Source: an uncultured Eubacteriales bacterium | Lineage (GTDB): Bacteria > Acidobacteriota > Aminicenantia > Aminicenantales > Aminicenantaceae | Length of the DNA: 57,942 nucleotides | Assembly (NCBI GenBank): GCA_964606185.1 | Contig: CAZSGR010000001.1 | Coordinates: 1-57,942, forward strand | Direction: 5' to 3' | Part shown: positions 44,886-54,942 of the stretch, piece after piece | Layout of the letters: the number at the start of each line of letters is the position of its first letter | Numbering within the stretch: the stretch's first letter is position 1 | Translations under genes and position numbers: made by a program | The notes under the pieces: model-generated | Seen by the model: only the letters and a program-made list of their open reading frames with translations | Told to the model about the DNA's origin: nothing | The model's database searches: none

Positions 44886-44940
44886 GGGGACTGTCCCTTT
44901 CAGTTTTTATTTTAAGAAGAGAGGAACTGCCCCCTTTTTA
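44886..44940. repeat. Degenerate relative of the GGGGAC.G..CCC / CCCCTTTTT hairpin-repeat motif seen at 1-96
   Basis: GGGGACTGTCCC (44886-44897; GGGAC-T-GTCCC is itself palindromic), TTAAGAAGA.AGG, then AACTGCCCCCTTTTTA. Loosely alignable by eye to the reverse complement of 1-100. Confidence 0.35.
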
Positions 44941-44989
44941 GAGGAATATGTAAGGTGTCGGTAGATTTTATGAATGATTAAGGGTAGTT

Positions 44990-46357
44990 ATGCTTGAAGA
45001 TACAATAATCGCCGTCTCCACTCCTATTGGCCACGGGGGGCTGGGCATCGTGCGGCTAAGCGGAAAAAAATCTCTTTCGGTTGCCAAAAAAATATTCAAA
45101 CCAAAAAAAAGCGGAACTAAAATCACGTCCAGGCATCCTGTACTCGGGAACCTGTACAATCACGAACAGAGGGACTATTTCGAAGAGGCCTTTCTCACGT
45201 ACTTCCCCAGGCCAAACACATACACAAGAGAAGACATGGTTGAGATCAGCTGCCACGGGAGTCCTGTCATTCTCGAGCAGCTTGTCCGCCTCGGTATAAA
45301 AGAGGGAGCAAGGCACGCTGACCCGGGAGAGTTCACACTCAGGGCCTATCTGAGAGGAAGAATCGACATCATCCAGGCAGAGGCTGTCAACGACATCATC
45401 CAGGCCGCCTCCTATAAACAGGCCAAAATATCTTTCAAACAGCTCGAAGGCAGCCTTTCCAAGCAGATATCTGCCCTTAGGGATCAAATTATCCAGATCC
45501 TTTCTCAGGTCGAGGCTCGTATCGAATTTCCGGATGAGAGGCTGCGAATCTCAACAAAGCGAACGTTAAAAACATTAAAAAACGCAATCTATTCTGTAAA
45601 TAATCTCGTGGAAAGTTACGATCTGGGGAAAACGCTTACTGAAGGAGTCACCCTCGCCATTACAGGAAGAGCCAACGTGGGGAAATCCACGCTTTTCAAT
45701 TCACTTCTCAAAAAAGACAGAGCCATCGTTACCCCTCATCCTGGGACAACACGGGACTTTCTCAAGGAAACCATCAGTGTAAAGGATTCCATTTTCACTC
45801 TTATTGATATGGCCGGACTGGGAAGTCCCCATCACCCTGTGGAGAAAGAAGGAATCAAAAGAGGAAAAAAACTCGCCTCTCAGGCCGACGGAATTCTCCA
45901 CATCCTGGATGTCTCCTGCAAAGAGACTCCTGAGGATTTTAAGCTGATAAAGAAATTTTCAGGCAAACAAATCCTGCTCATTTTCAATAAAATCGACCTT
46001 CCCCTCAAAATGAACACGGAACGAGTGAAAAAACAGGCGGGACACATCCCAAATATCGAAATATCCGCACTCAAGGGAACAAACCTGAAAAAGCTTAAGG
46101 ACAAAATCTATAAACTATTTATCCCCGACCTGGAACAGGATAACGAAATCATCCTTCATTTGCGCCAAAAACTCATTCTCGAAGAAATTCTTGATTCTCT
46201 AATCGAGGGACAGAATCTCCTCAAACAAGGCTATCCCGAAGAAATTTATGCGGAAGAAATCCGAAGGGCCATCCCTTTAATCGGGCAGCTCACTGGAGAA
46301 ATCCGGGCAGACGACATCATTAACAACATATTCAGCCGGTTTTGTGTGGGCAAATAG
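44990..46357 (+). CDS. mnmE: tRNA modification GTPase MnmE
   Basis: 455 aa. DTIIAVSTPIGHGGLGIVRLSG, G1 GRANVGKSTLFN, DMAGL, NKID, C-terminal FCVGK. Confidence 0.96.
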   Translation: MLEDTIIAVSTPIGHGGLGIVRLSGKKSLSVAKKIFKPKKSGTKITSRHPVLGNLYNHEQRDYFEEAFLTYFPRPNTYTREDMVEISCHGSPVILEQLVRLGIKEGARHADPGEFTLRAYLRGRIDIIQAEAVNDIIQAASYKQAKISFKQLEGSLSKQISALRDQIIQILSQVEARIEFPDERLRISTKRTLKTLKNAIYSVNNLVESYDLGKTLTEGVTLAITGRANVGKSTLFNSLLKKDRAIVTPHPGTTRDFLKETISVKDSIFTLIDMAGLGSPHHPVEKEGIKRGKKLASQADGILHILDVSCKETPEDFKLIKKFSGKQILLIFNKIDLPLKMNTERVKKQAGHIPNIEISALKGTNLKKLKDKIYKLFIPDLEQDNEIILHLRQKLILEEILDSLIEGQNLLKQGYPEEIYAEEIRRAIPLIGQLTGEIRADDIINNIFSRFCVGK

Positions 46358-46365
46358 AACGAAAA

Positions 46366-48243
46366 ATGAATTTCGTGGATGAATACGATGTGATCGTCAT
46401 CGGGGCCGGCCATGCAGGCTGTGAGGCCGCCTATGCCACAAGCACCATGGGGTTCCAAACCTGCCTTATCACAATCCACCTCGAGACAATCGCTCAGATG
46501 TCCTGTAATCCTGCCATAGGAGGTCTCGCCAAAGGACAGCTCGTCCGAGAGATCGACGCCCTGGGCGGAATCATGGGCCTCCTGGCCGACGAAACAGGCA
46601 TTCATTTCAGGCTGCTGAATCGGAGTCGGGGAGGGGCCGTTCAAGCTCCCCGTGCGCAATCGGATAAAGCCCGATACAGGCTGGCCATGAAGAACAGACT
46701 GGAAAACATCCCGAATCTAACGCTTTTTCAAGGCATAGTGACAGAAATCCTGATAAAAAATAAAAAAACGATAGGTGTTGTGACATTGGAAGGAAATCGG
46801 CTGCACGCCAAAGCAGTGATTCTCACGCCAGGAACATTCCTCAACGGACTGATTCATATCGGATTACACAGTTATTCCGCGGGGAGGGCGAACGAGCCGT
46901 CATCGCACGAACTGGCACAAAACCTGAAGAAAATAGGCTTGAAAACCTTCCGATTGAAAACAGGAACACCCATGAGACTCGACAAGCACACCATCGAATG
47001 GGATCGTTTCACTCCCCAACCAGGAGACGAAGAACCCGTTCCTTTTTCTTTCCGGACCCACAAAACCCTTGAGAACAAAGTCCTCTGCTATATCGGGTAC
47101 ACAAACAAACAAACGCATGCGATTATCAATCAAAACCTGGACAAATCACCCCTGTACAGCGGCAAAATTGCCGGAATCGGGCCCCGTTACTGTCCATCTA
47201 TAGAAGACAAGGTCATCAAATTCCCGCATCATCTCAGGCATCAATTTTTCCTCGAACCCGAAGGTCTGGAAACATCCGAAACCTATGTCAACGGGATCTC
47301 ATCCAGCCTCCCCCTCGAAGTCCAGAAGAAGATCCTGAAAAGCATCCCCGGTTTAGACCAGGCAAAAATGCTCAGGCCCGCCTACGGAATCGAATACGAT
47401 GCGGTCATCCCCACACAGCTTCTCCCCACCTTGGAAACCAGGCCTATTAAAAACCTGTTCCTTGCTGGCCAGATTAACGGAACTTCCGGATATGAAGAAG
47501 CCGCAGCTCAAGGTTTGCTTGCAGGGATAAATGCAGGATTAAGCATAAAAGAGGAAAAACCTCTCATCCTGGGGAGAGACGAAGCGTATATCGGTGTTCT
47601 CATCGATGATCTCATCAAAAAAGGAGTCGAAGAGCCCTATCGACTCTTCACTTCAAGGGCAGAATACAGGCTTTCGCTCCGGATCGACAATGCCGATAAA
47701 AGAATGACTCCCTACGGACACAAAATAGGGCTGATCGATGACAAGGATTACGAAGCTTTCCTTAAAAAGCAAGAGAAGATAAAGAAAGCGGCCCATTTTC
47801 TCCTCAAGGAAAAAATAACGACAGAAGAGAGGGAGCGTCTCACTCTCTGGGATTTTCTAAAAAAACCTGAAGTGAGGCTTAAAAATGTGGTAGAATATAA
47901 AAAATTTAACATAATTTTATCAGATGAAGAATTGCGCCATCTGGAATCAGAAGTCAAGTATGAGGGCTATTTAAAGAGACAGGAAAAGGAAATCGCAAGA
48001 ATCCGAAAAGTTGACGGAGAAAAAATACCAAAGAACATAAATTTCCGGAAAATCCCTGGTTTAACTCGGGAAGCGAGTGAAAAACTGGAAGAATTCAAGC
48101 CTCAGACAATCGGTGAAGCTAAAAAAATACCGGGGATGACTCCCGCCGCCACTGTGAACCTGCATATCTACATGCGTATTTTAAGGAAAAAAGGCCAGAA
48201 CAAAAAAAATGTTCCACGTGGAACGATGAAACACAATGAGTAA
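46366..48243 (+). CDS. mnmG: tRNA uridine 5-carboxymethylaminomethyl modification enzyme MnmG (GidA)
   Basis: [30 protein letters not shown]-type loop, [33 protein letters not shown] at 46366 follows the mnmE stop by 8 nt. Confidence 0.97.
   Translation: MNFVDEYDVIVIGAGHAGCEAAYATSTMGFQTCLITIHLETIAQMSCNPAIGGLAKGQLVREIDALGGIMGLLADETGIHFRLLNRSRGGAVQAPRAQSDKARYRLAMKNRLENIPNLTLFQGIVTEILIKNKKTIGVVTLEGNRLHAKAVILTPGTFLNGLIHIGLHSYSAGRANEPSSHELAQNLKKIGLKTFRLKTGTPMRLDKHTIEWDRFTPQPGDEEPVPFSFRTHKTLENKVLCYIGYTNKQTHAIINQNLDKSPLYSGKIAGIGPRYCPSIEDKVIKFPHHLRHQFFLEPEGLETSETYVNGISSSLPLEVQKKILKSIPGLDQAKMLRPAYGIEYDAVIPTQLLPTLETRPIKNLFLAGQINGTSGYEEAAAQGLLAGINAGLSIKEEKPLILGRDEAYIGVLIDDLIKKGVEEPYRLFTSRAEYRLSLRIDNADKRMTPYGHKIGLIDDKDYEAFLKKQEKIKKAAHFLLKEKITTEERERLTLWDFLKKPEVRLKNVVEYKKFNIILSDEELRHLESEVKYEGYLKRQEKEIARIRKVDGEKIPKNINFRKIPGLTREASEKLEEFKPQTIGEAKKIPGMTPAATVNLHIYMRILRKKGQNKKNVPRGTMKHNE
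48210..48225. promoter_or_regulatory. parS centromere-like site
   Basis: TGTTCCACGTGGAACG has 14 of 16 matches to TGTTNCACGTGAAACA. The core GTTCCACGTGGAAC is a perfect 14-bp palindrome. It lies 10 nt before the parA ATG, inside the last mnmG codons (NVPRGT). Confidence 0.78.
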
Positions 48244-48991
48244 AATCATAGCCATTGCCAATCAAAAAGGCGGAGTCGGAAAAACAACGACTGCCATAAA
48301 TCTTGCTGCCTCTCTTGCCCTAAAAAAAAGAAGGATCCTCATAGTTGATTTTGATCCTCAGGGAATGGCAACAATCGGACTGGGGAAAACAAAAAATACC
48401 AAGAAAGGAGTCTATCAGGCTCTCATGAACGGCCAGAACATGATGGACTGCATCCAACCCACTGAAATAAATAAACTCTATATCTGTCCCTGTTCATCTG
48501 AATTATCGGGTGCAGAGGTTGAGCTGTATTCCAAAGAGAGGAAAGAAAAAAGATTGCAGGAAGCCTTGGATCAGGTTAAAAATTTTTTTGATTTCATCTT
48601 TATCGACTGCCCTCCATCCCTTGGTTTTCTCACAATCAACGCTCTCACAGCCGCCGATTCGGTTCTGATTCCGGTCCAATGCGAATTTTTTTGTATGGAA
48701 GGCATTCCAGAACTCTTCCGAATCTTGGATGAGGTACGCACCTACCTGAATCCTTCACTGTCTATCGAAGGTATCCTTCTCACCATGCATGATGAACGGA
48801 CTAACCTCTCTAAACTGGTAGCTCAGGAAGTGCAGAGTTTTCTCAAAGGGACCACCTATAAGATCATTATCCCACGAACCGTCAAACTTGCCGAGGCTCC
48901 GAGTTACGGCAAGCCGGTCATTCTGTATGCGAAAAATTCAAAAGGAGCCGAAGCGTATCAAAATTTAGCCCAGGAGATTCTAAAGAGATGA
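48236..48991 (+). CDS. parA: Chromosome partitioning ATPase ParA/Soj
   Basis: 251 aa. Deviant Walker [40 protein letters not shown]. Confidence 0.94.
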   Translation: MSKIIAIANQKGGVGKTTTAINLAASLALKKRRILIVDFDPQGMATIGLGKTKNTKKGVYQALMNGQNMMDCIQPTEINKLYICPCSSELSGAEVELYSKERKEKRLQEALDQVKNFFDFIFIDCPPSLGFLTINALTAADSVLIPVQCEFFCMEGIPELFRILDEVRTYLNPSLSIEGILLTMHDERTNLSKLVAQEVQSFLKGTTYKIIIPRTVKLAEAPSYGKPVILYAKNSKGAEAYQNLAQEILKR

Positions 48992-49827
48992 AAAAGAAGG
49001 CACTCGGAAAAGGCTTAAAAGCATTTATTCCAGAGGAATTCGGTATTCTGAAAGAAGAACAGTATGCAGAGCTAGACATTGAAAAGCTAAAGCCAAGCTC
49101 TGTCCAGCCGAGACTGAAATTCAACGAAGATTCCATTGATGAGCTTGCCAGTTCGATAAAGGAATCGGGCATTCTTCAACCTGTGCTCGTTGTGCCAGAA
49201 GGAAATCATTACATCATTATCGTTGGAGAACGCCGGTGGCGAGCGGCTCAGAAGATTGGTTTTAAAAAAATCCCATCTATCATCCGCACCATGCCCAAAG
49301 CTCAGCAGCTTGAGACTTCCCTCGTTGAAAATCTTCAAAGAGAAGACCTGAATCCTTTAGAAATCGCCCTGGCCTACCAAAAACTCAGCCAAGAATTAAA
49401 CTACACGCAGCAGGAAATCGCTGAAAAGGTGGGGAAGGAGAGGGCTTCAGTGGCTAACTATCTCCGTCTTCTCAACCTGCCGAAAGAAATCCAGGATCAT
49501 CTGGCAACTGGAAAAATCTCTATGGGACATGCCAGGGCTCTTCTCTCTCTGGAAACAGCTAAAGATCAAGTGGCCATGGCAAAGCAAATCGTGAACAGAC
49601 AACTCTCGGTCCGGCAGATCGAAAAAACAGTTCATGCTCTCAAAGACTCTCCTCAAAAAGAAAAAAAGCGGCCTCCTAATCCTGATCTGATGGCTCTTCA
49701 GGAAGAATTCATCAGGCATTTAGGGACAAAAGTTTCCATTTCAGGAAGCCAGAAGAAGGGAATAATAAAAATTCATTATTTTTCCACCGAAGAATTAAAT
49801 CGAATTTTTGAAAAAATAAAGGAGTGA
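48988..49827 (+). CDS. parB: Chromosome partitioning protein ParB/Spo0J
   Basis: 279 aa. ALGKGL N-terminus, ParB box [35 protein letters not shown]. 4-nt overlap with parA. Confidence 0.94.
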   Translation: MKKKALGKGLKAFIPEEFGILKEEQYAELDIEKLKPSSVQPRLKFNEDSIDELASSIKESGILQPVLVVPEGNHYIIIVGERRWRAAQKIGFKKIPSIIRTMPKAQQLETSLVENLQREDLNPLEIALAYQKLSQELNYTQQEIAEKVGKERASVANYLRLLNLPKEIQDHLATGKISMGHARALLSLETAKDQVAMAKQIVNRQLSVRQIEKTVHALKDSPQKEKKRPPNPDLMALQEEFIRHLGTKVSISGSQKKGIIKIHYFSTEELNRIFEKIKE

Positions 49828-49831
49828 ACTG

Positions 49832-50263
49832 ATGGAAGACAGGAAAAGAGCAATCAATGAAAACAAGATGACAGGATTTCTAGACAAGGACACTCACATT
49901 AAAGGAGATCTAAGCTTCAAGGGCTCATTCCGCATTGACGGGTCATTCAAAGGGACCATAGACTCTGAATCCACTCTTATCGTTGGAGAGAACGGAAAGA
50001 TCGAGGCAGAAATCAAGGTCGGCTACATTGTCGTTAACGGTGAAATAAAAGGAAACATCCAGGCAAAAGAAAAGGTGGAGATCAATTCAACCGGACGGGT
50101 CATCGGATCAGTCACTGCCCCGAAGCTTGTTGTCGAAGAAGGAGCTTACCTGGAAACAAGCTGCCAGACCTCCGACGAGCTTCCTCCCCCACCAGAACCT
50201 AAGGAAGAACCGGAAAAAACCGAAAAGACTGACGAAGAGATTGAAACGGAATACCAACCTTGA
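49832..50263 (+). CDS. Bactofilin (polymer-forming cytoskeletal protein)
   Basis: 143 aa. Beta-helical repeat pattern IKGDLSFKGSFRIDGSFKGTIDSESTLIVGENGKIEAEIKVGYIVVNGEIKGNI...VEINSTGRVIGSV, with an acidic/proline tail. Confidence 0.87.
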   Translation: MEDRKRAINENKMTGFLDKDTHIKGDLSFKGSFRIDGSFKGTIDSESTLIVGENGKIEAEIKVGYIVVNGEIKGNIQAKEKVEINSTGRVIGSVTAPKLVVEEGAYLETSCQTSDELPPPPEPKEEPEKTEKTDEEIETEYQP

Positions 50264-50982
50264 AACTCGCAACAGGGATCATCCCCGCTCGGTATCATGC
50301 GGAAAGATTCCCGGGAAAGCCTCTGGCTCTCCTCCAGGGAAAACCCATGATTCAAAGAGTCTACGAAGCCACACGCACAGCTAAAAACCTGGAAAGAGTC
50401 ATAGTGGCCACTGATGATAAAAGGATTTTGCAGGCCGCTCAAGATTTTGGCGCAGAGGCGCGGATGACGTCTTCCTCCCACCGTTCTGGCACAGACAGGG
50501 TGGCAGAGGTTGCCCGTGAAATAAATGCTTCTGTAGTCATCAATATCCAGGGAGATGAACCCCTTATTAAAGGTGAAGCCATAGATGAACTGGTGGAGGC
50601 CCTGCAGGACGAAGACATTCCTATGGCCACTCTGGCCGTTAAGGAGGATGATTTGAATCTCCTCAATGACTCCAATGTCGTCAAAGTTGTCCCTGACAAA
50701 GACGGCTTTGCCTTGTATTTTTCCCGCTCTCCTCTTCCTTTTCAAGCATCCGATTATTTCTGGCGGCACATCGGGATCTATGGCTACCAAAAAGATTTTC
50801 TTCAAAAATTATTCCGGATTCCTCCATCCAGGCTGGAGAAAACAGAAAAATTGGAACAGCTCAGGGCGTTGGAGAGTGGCTACAGAATAAAAATTATCGA
50901 AAATAAATTTTCGACCTTGAGTGTTGATTTACCTGAGGATATAATCAGAGTTGAAAATTTATTAAAAGACAGGGATAGATGA
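50260..50982 (+). CDS. kdsB: 3-deoxy-manno-octulosonate cytidylyltransferase
   Basis: TTG start overlapping the bactofilin stop (TTGA). GIIPARYHAERFPGKPL, ATDD, SGTDR, NIQGDEP, HIGIYGY. Confidence 0.92.
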   Translation: MKLATGIIPARYHAERFPGKPLALLQGKPMIQRVYEATRTAKNLERVIVATDDKRILQAAQDFGAEARMTSSSHRSGTDRVAEVAREINASVVINIQGDEPLIKGEAIDELVEALQDEDIPMATLAVKEDDLNLLNDSNVVKVVPDKDGFALYFSRSPLPFQASDYFWRHIGIYGYQKDFLQKLFRIPPSRLEKTEKLEQLRALESGYRIKIIENKFSTLSVDLPEDIIRVENLLKDRDR

Positions 50983-52601
50983 CAAAATTTATCTTCATCA
51001 CCGGAGGAGTCCTTTCAGCACTGGGAAAAGGCATCGCCGCTTCTTCCCTCGGAGCGCTCCTGGAAAGCCACGGATATAAGATCACTCTCCAGAAATTCGA
51101 CCCTTACCTCAACGTGGACCCTGGCACTATGAATCCCTTCCAGCACGGGGAAGTCTATGTCACGGACGACGGGGCAGAAACCGACCTTGACCTGGGCCAT
51201 TACGAACGTTTTACTTCTACTAAGACGACCAAGGCCCATAACTGGACAGCCGGGCAGATTTATGAGGCCATCTTAAGAAAAGAACGCAAAGGCGAGTACC
51301 TGGGTAAAACAGTTCAGGTCATCCCTCACGTCACGGATGAAATCAAAAAAGCTTTCTATGCGGCTGCAGACAAAAACGATATTGTTATCGTGGAGATAGG
51401 CGGGACCGTGGGAGACATCGAAAGCCAACCCTTCCTGGAAGCCACAAGGCAGATGAGGCTGTCGCTCGGCCATGAACAAACCGTCTTCATTCACTTGACA
51501 CTGGTCCCCTACGTCAAGACATCCGGAGAACTCAAAACAAAGCCCACCCAGCACAGCGTCCGGGATCTCCAGGCCATCGGAATCCAGCCAGATGTCATTC
51601 TCTGCCGAACGGATAGAGCGCTCCGGCAAGACATTAAGGCCAAAATCTCTCTCTTCACGAATGTTCCACTGGAGGCAGTGATAACCGCTAAAGATGTGGA
51701 TAATGTCTACGAAATCCCACTCCATTACGCGAGTGAATACCTGGATAAGATCATCCTGAAGCAGCTGTCCCTCCCTCAAAGGAAAAGAAATCTTGCCCGC
51801 TGGAAAAACCTGGTGAACAGGATGAAAAATCCCCGTGACGAAGTCAATATTGCTTTGGTTGGCAAGTATGCCGGGCTACAGGATTCTTACATGAGCCTTA
51901 ACCAGGCACTATATCACGGAGGAATCGCCCACGGGCTCAAGGTCAACATATCCTGGATAGAAGCGGAAGATATCGAAATCCACAACCCTGAGGAAGTCCT
52001 GGGCGATGCGGACGGGATATTGGTTCCGGGCGGTTTTGGAGTGAGGGGGATCGAGGGAAAAATTAAAGCTGTGACTTTTGCGCGCACACAAAAAGTGCCT
52101 TTCTTCGGTATCTGCCTGGGAATGCAGGTGGCTGCCATCGAGTATGCGCGGAATATCGCATCACTCAAAAATGCCAACAGCACCGAGTTCAATGCCCGAA
52201 CTCCCCACAAAATATTCTTTAAATGGAGGGAATTGAAAGGGATCAAAGACCTGGGGGGCACCATGAGGTTGGGCCAGTATCTCTGCCGCCTGGAAAAGGG
52301 ATCTTTTGCCGAAAAAGCCTATGGAAAACTGAGCATCAACGAGCGCCACCGCCACCGTTACGAATTCAATCCCGAATATGAAAATACACTGGCCAAAGAC
52401 GGTCTGTTCATCTCCGGGAAGAATCCTGACTATGGCCTGGTGGAGATCGTGGAGATTAAAGACCATCCCTGGTTTCTCGGCTGCCAGTTCCATCCTGAAT
52501 TTAAATCAAAGCCTCTGGATCCACATCCCCTTTTCAAAGCTTTTATCGGAGCAAGCCATGCCTATCGTTCCAAAAGAAATTCGCATAAACGAAAAAATTA
52601 A
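50979..52601 (+). CDS. pyrG: CTP synthase
   Basis: 540 aa. MTKFIFITGGVLSALGKGI, DPYLNVDPGTMNP, GGTVGDIES, and the GATase triad context GICLGMQ ... HRHRYEFN. Confidence 0.97.
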   Translation: MTKFIFITGGVLSALGKGIAASSLGALLESHGYKITLQKFDPYLNVDPGTMNPFQHGEVYVTDDGAETDLDLGHYERFTSTKTTKAHNWTAGQIYEAILRKERKGEYLGKTVQVIPHVTDEIKKAFYAAADKNDIVIVEIGGTVGDIESQPFLEATRQMRLSLGHEQTVFIHLTLVPYVKTSGELKTKPTQHSVRDLQAIGIQPDVILCRTDRALRQDIKAKISLFTNVPLEAVITAKDVDNVYEIPLHYASEYLDKIILKQLSLPQRKRNLARWKNLVNRMKNPRDEVNIALVGKYAGLQDSYMSLNQALYHGGIAHGLKVNISWIEAEDIEIHNPEEVLGDADGILVPGGFGVRGIEGKIKAVTFARTQKVPFFGICLGMQVAAIEYARNIASLKNANSTEFNARTPHKIFFKWRELKGIKDLGGTMRLGQYLCRLEKGSFAEKAYGKLSINERHRHRYEFNPEYENTLAKDGLFISGKNPDYGLVEIVEIKDHPWFLGCQFHPEFKSKPLDPHPLFKAFIGASHAYRSKRNSHKRKN

Positions 52602-53397
52602 AATCGGCGGGAGCCATCCCCTTTTCCTGATCGGAGGGCCCTGCGTCATCGAAAGTCAAGAGCACGCTCTTTTCATGGCCAAAGAAATAAAAAAGATATG
52701 CCAAGAGCTCGGAGTGCCCTATATTTTCAAGTCTTCATTCGACAAGGCCAACCGTTCTTCGATATTATCTTACCGAGGGCCAGGGCTGGAGTCCGGGCTG
52801 GAAACTCTGGAGCATATAAAAAAAGAGGTCGGTGTTCCTGTCCTTTCGGATGTTCATGAGACAGGCCAGGTGGAGAAGGCCGCCCGCGTCCTGGATGTGA
52901 TTCAGATCCCTGCTTTTCTCTGCCGTCAAACAGACTTGCTTCTGGCTTCCGCTCAAACCCAAAAACCGCTCAACATAAAAAAAGGGCAGTTTCTCTCTCC
53001 TTCCGAAATGAAAAATGTCGTGGAAAAAGCCCTCAGCCAGAAAAATGAGAAAATAATCCTCACTGAAAGAGGCAACTCTTTTGGTTACAATAACTTAGTA
53101 TTTGACATCCGCTCCATTCCTGTCATGAAGGAATGGGGATTTCCTGTTGTCATCGATGCCTCGCACAGCGTCCAAAAACCGGGAGGGGAGGAAGTTTCTT
53201 CAGGAGGAGATGCAGAATTCATCCCGTATGTGGCCAAAGCCGGAGTCAGCGTAGGGGCGGATGGAGTCTTCCTCGAAATCCACGATAATCCCCGCAAAGC
53301 ACTCTCAGATATCCATAACACATTGAATTTAAAAGACTTAAAGAGTCTCCTGGGCTCTCTGCTCAAGCTTGAAAAGGCAAGAAATGGGAAGGAGTGA
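52558..53397 (+). CDS. kdsA: 3-deoxy-8-phosphooctulonate synthase
   Basis: Start at ATG 52558 (MPIVPKEIRINEKIKIGGSHPLFLIGGPCVIES). FKSSFDKANRSS, QIPAFLCRQTDL, NIKKGQF, DASHSVQ. The upstream part of the ORF-track frame is the pyrG overlap. Confidence 0.94.
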   Translation: MPIVPKEIRINEKIKIGGSHPLFLIGGPCVIESQEHALFMAKEIKKICQELGVPYIFKSSFDKANRSSILSYRGPGLESGLETLEHIKKEVGVPVLSDVHETGQVEKAARVLDVIQIPAFLCRQTDLLLASAQTQKPLNIKKGQFLSPSEMKNVVEKALSQKNEKIILTERGNSFGYNNLVFDIRSIPVMKEWGFPVVIDASHSVQKPGGEEVSSGGDAEFIPYVAKAGVSVGADGVFLEIHDNPRKALSDIHNTLNLKDLKSLLGSLLKLEKARNGKE

Positions 53398-53422
53398 CTT
53401 TTATAAGGAACAATAAAACGCT

Positions 53423-54394
53423 ATGAACAAAGATGAGATAATCAGAATCGGAAAAAAAGTCCTGAAGATCGAAGCCGATGCAGTCAAAACTCTGGCTTCA
53501 AATTTGGATGACAATTTTTTCAGAGCCGTTGACCTTCTCTTCAATTCAAAGGCTCGTGTTATTGTAACCGGGATGGGAAAATCCGGTCTCGTCGGCCGGA
53601 AGCTCACCGCCACCCTCTCTAGCTGTGGCACCCCCGCCCTGTTTATCCATCCGGCAGAAGCCGGACATGGAGACCTTGGCATGGTCGTCAAAGAAGATGT
53701 CCTCATAGCCATCTCCTACAGCGGTGAGACAAAAGAGATTATCGGCCTCCTGGACTTCTTCAAGAGAGCGGGAATCCGACTCATCAGTATCACAGGAAAT
53801 AAAAAATCAAAACTGGCCGAATACAGCGATATTGTTCTGGAGGCGCGGGTTGAAAAAGAAGCTGAGCCAAACGGTCTGGTTCCCACTGCAAGCTCCACAG
53901 CCGCCCTTGCTTTGGGGGACGCCCTCGCCATCGCCCTGATGAAGAAAAAGGGATTCGGAGAGAAGGACTTTGCGGTATTTCATCCCAAAGGGGAGGCCGG
54001 AAAAAAGCTTCTTAAGATTAAAAGCCTTATGCACAGAGGAAGAAAGGTTCCCTGTGTTTCTCAGGAGGCTCCGATGAAAGAGGTTCTCGAAGAGATGTCC
54101 AGGAAAAAACTGGGGATGACATGCATCGTGGACAACAAGGAGAGGCTCGTCGGAGTTGTCACAGACGGAGATTTAAGGAGAAAAATCCAGAAATTCGGGA
54201 AGAGTTTTCTGGATAAGAAGGCTCAGGAGTGCATGACTCCCGACCCTTGGACTGTCAACAGTGAGGATTTGGCCACCACTGCATTGAACATCATGGAGGA
54301 GAATAAAATCACTTCTTTGGTCATTAAGAACAAAGAGGGAAAGATTGAAGGGATCATCCATCTCCATGACCTGTGGCGAACAGAGATGTTTTGA
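53423..54394 (+). CDS. kdsD: Arabinose-5-phosphate isomerase (KpsF/GutQ/KdsD; SIS + CBS pair)
   Basis: 323 aa. VIVTGMGKSG, FIHPAEAGHGDLG, ISYSGET, and a C-terminal CBS pair. Confidence 0.92.
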   Translation: MNKDEIIRIGKKVLKIEADAVKTLASNLDDNFFRAVDLLFNSKARVIVTGMGKSGLVGRKLTATLSSCGTPALFIHPAEAGHGDLGMVVKEDVLIAISYSGETKEIIGLLDFFKRAGIRLISITGNKKSKLAEYSDIVLEARVEKEAEPNGLVPTASSTAALALGDALAIALMKKKGFGEKDFAVFHPKGEAGKKLLKIKSLMHRGRKVPCVSQEAPMKEVLEEMSRKKLGMTCIVDNKERLVGVVTDGDLRRKIQKFGKSFLDKKAQECMTPDPWTVNSEDLATTALNIMEENKITSLVIKNKEGKIEGIIHLHDLWRTEMF

Positions 54395-54942
54395 TGAATG
54401 CCAGAGACCGAGCCCGCAAGATCAAAATGATCATCATGGATGTGGATGGTACTCTCACAGACGGGTCCATCCTCGTGCTTCCTGACGGCGAGGAGCTCAA
54501 ATCCTACAACGTCAAAGACGGCGCAGGAATCTTGCTTGCCCATTTAGCCGGTTTGAAAACAGGGATCATCACCGGAAAAAAATCAAAACCTTTGGAAAAG
54601 AGAGCGGAAAAACTGAAAATTTCTGAGGTTTACCAGGGAATCCTTCATAAGAAAAAGGCTCTATCTGAAATTCTGGAAAAATCAAAGCTCGAACCCGAGG
54701 AGATCGCCTACATAGGGGATGACATCGGAGATCTTGAAGTCCTCAAGTCAGTGGGCTTTGCCGGATCTGTGGCCGACGCCCACCCAGAGATTAAAAAATA
54801 CAGTCATTTTGTCTGCTCCCAACCTGGAGGCAGAGGAGCTGTCCGGGAGTTCATCGAGTTCATTCTGGAAGCCCAGGATAAATGGGATGACATCGAAGAG
54901 AATTTCAAAGCCTTGACCGAGCAGAAAGAGATCAAATTGTAG
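54394..54942 (+). CDS. kdsC: 3-deoxy-D-manno-octulosonate 8-phosphate phosphatase (HAD family)
   Basis: ATG 54394 overlaps the kdsD stop (TGATG). IIMDVDGTLTDG HAD motif I, VKDGAGI, GDDIGDL. GTG at 54373 is an alternative start. Confidence 0.86.
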   Translation: MNARDRARKIKMIIMDVDGTLTDGSILVLPDGEELKSYNVKDGAGILLAHLAGLKTGIITGKKSKPLEKRAEKLKISEVYQGILHKKKALSEILEKSKLEPEEIAYIGDDIGDLEVLKSVGFAGSVADAHPEIKKYSHFVCSQPGGRGAVREFIEFILEAQDKWDDIEENFKALTEQKEIKL

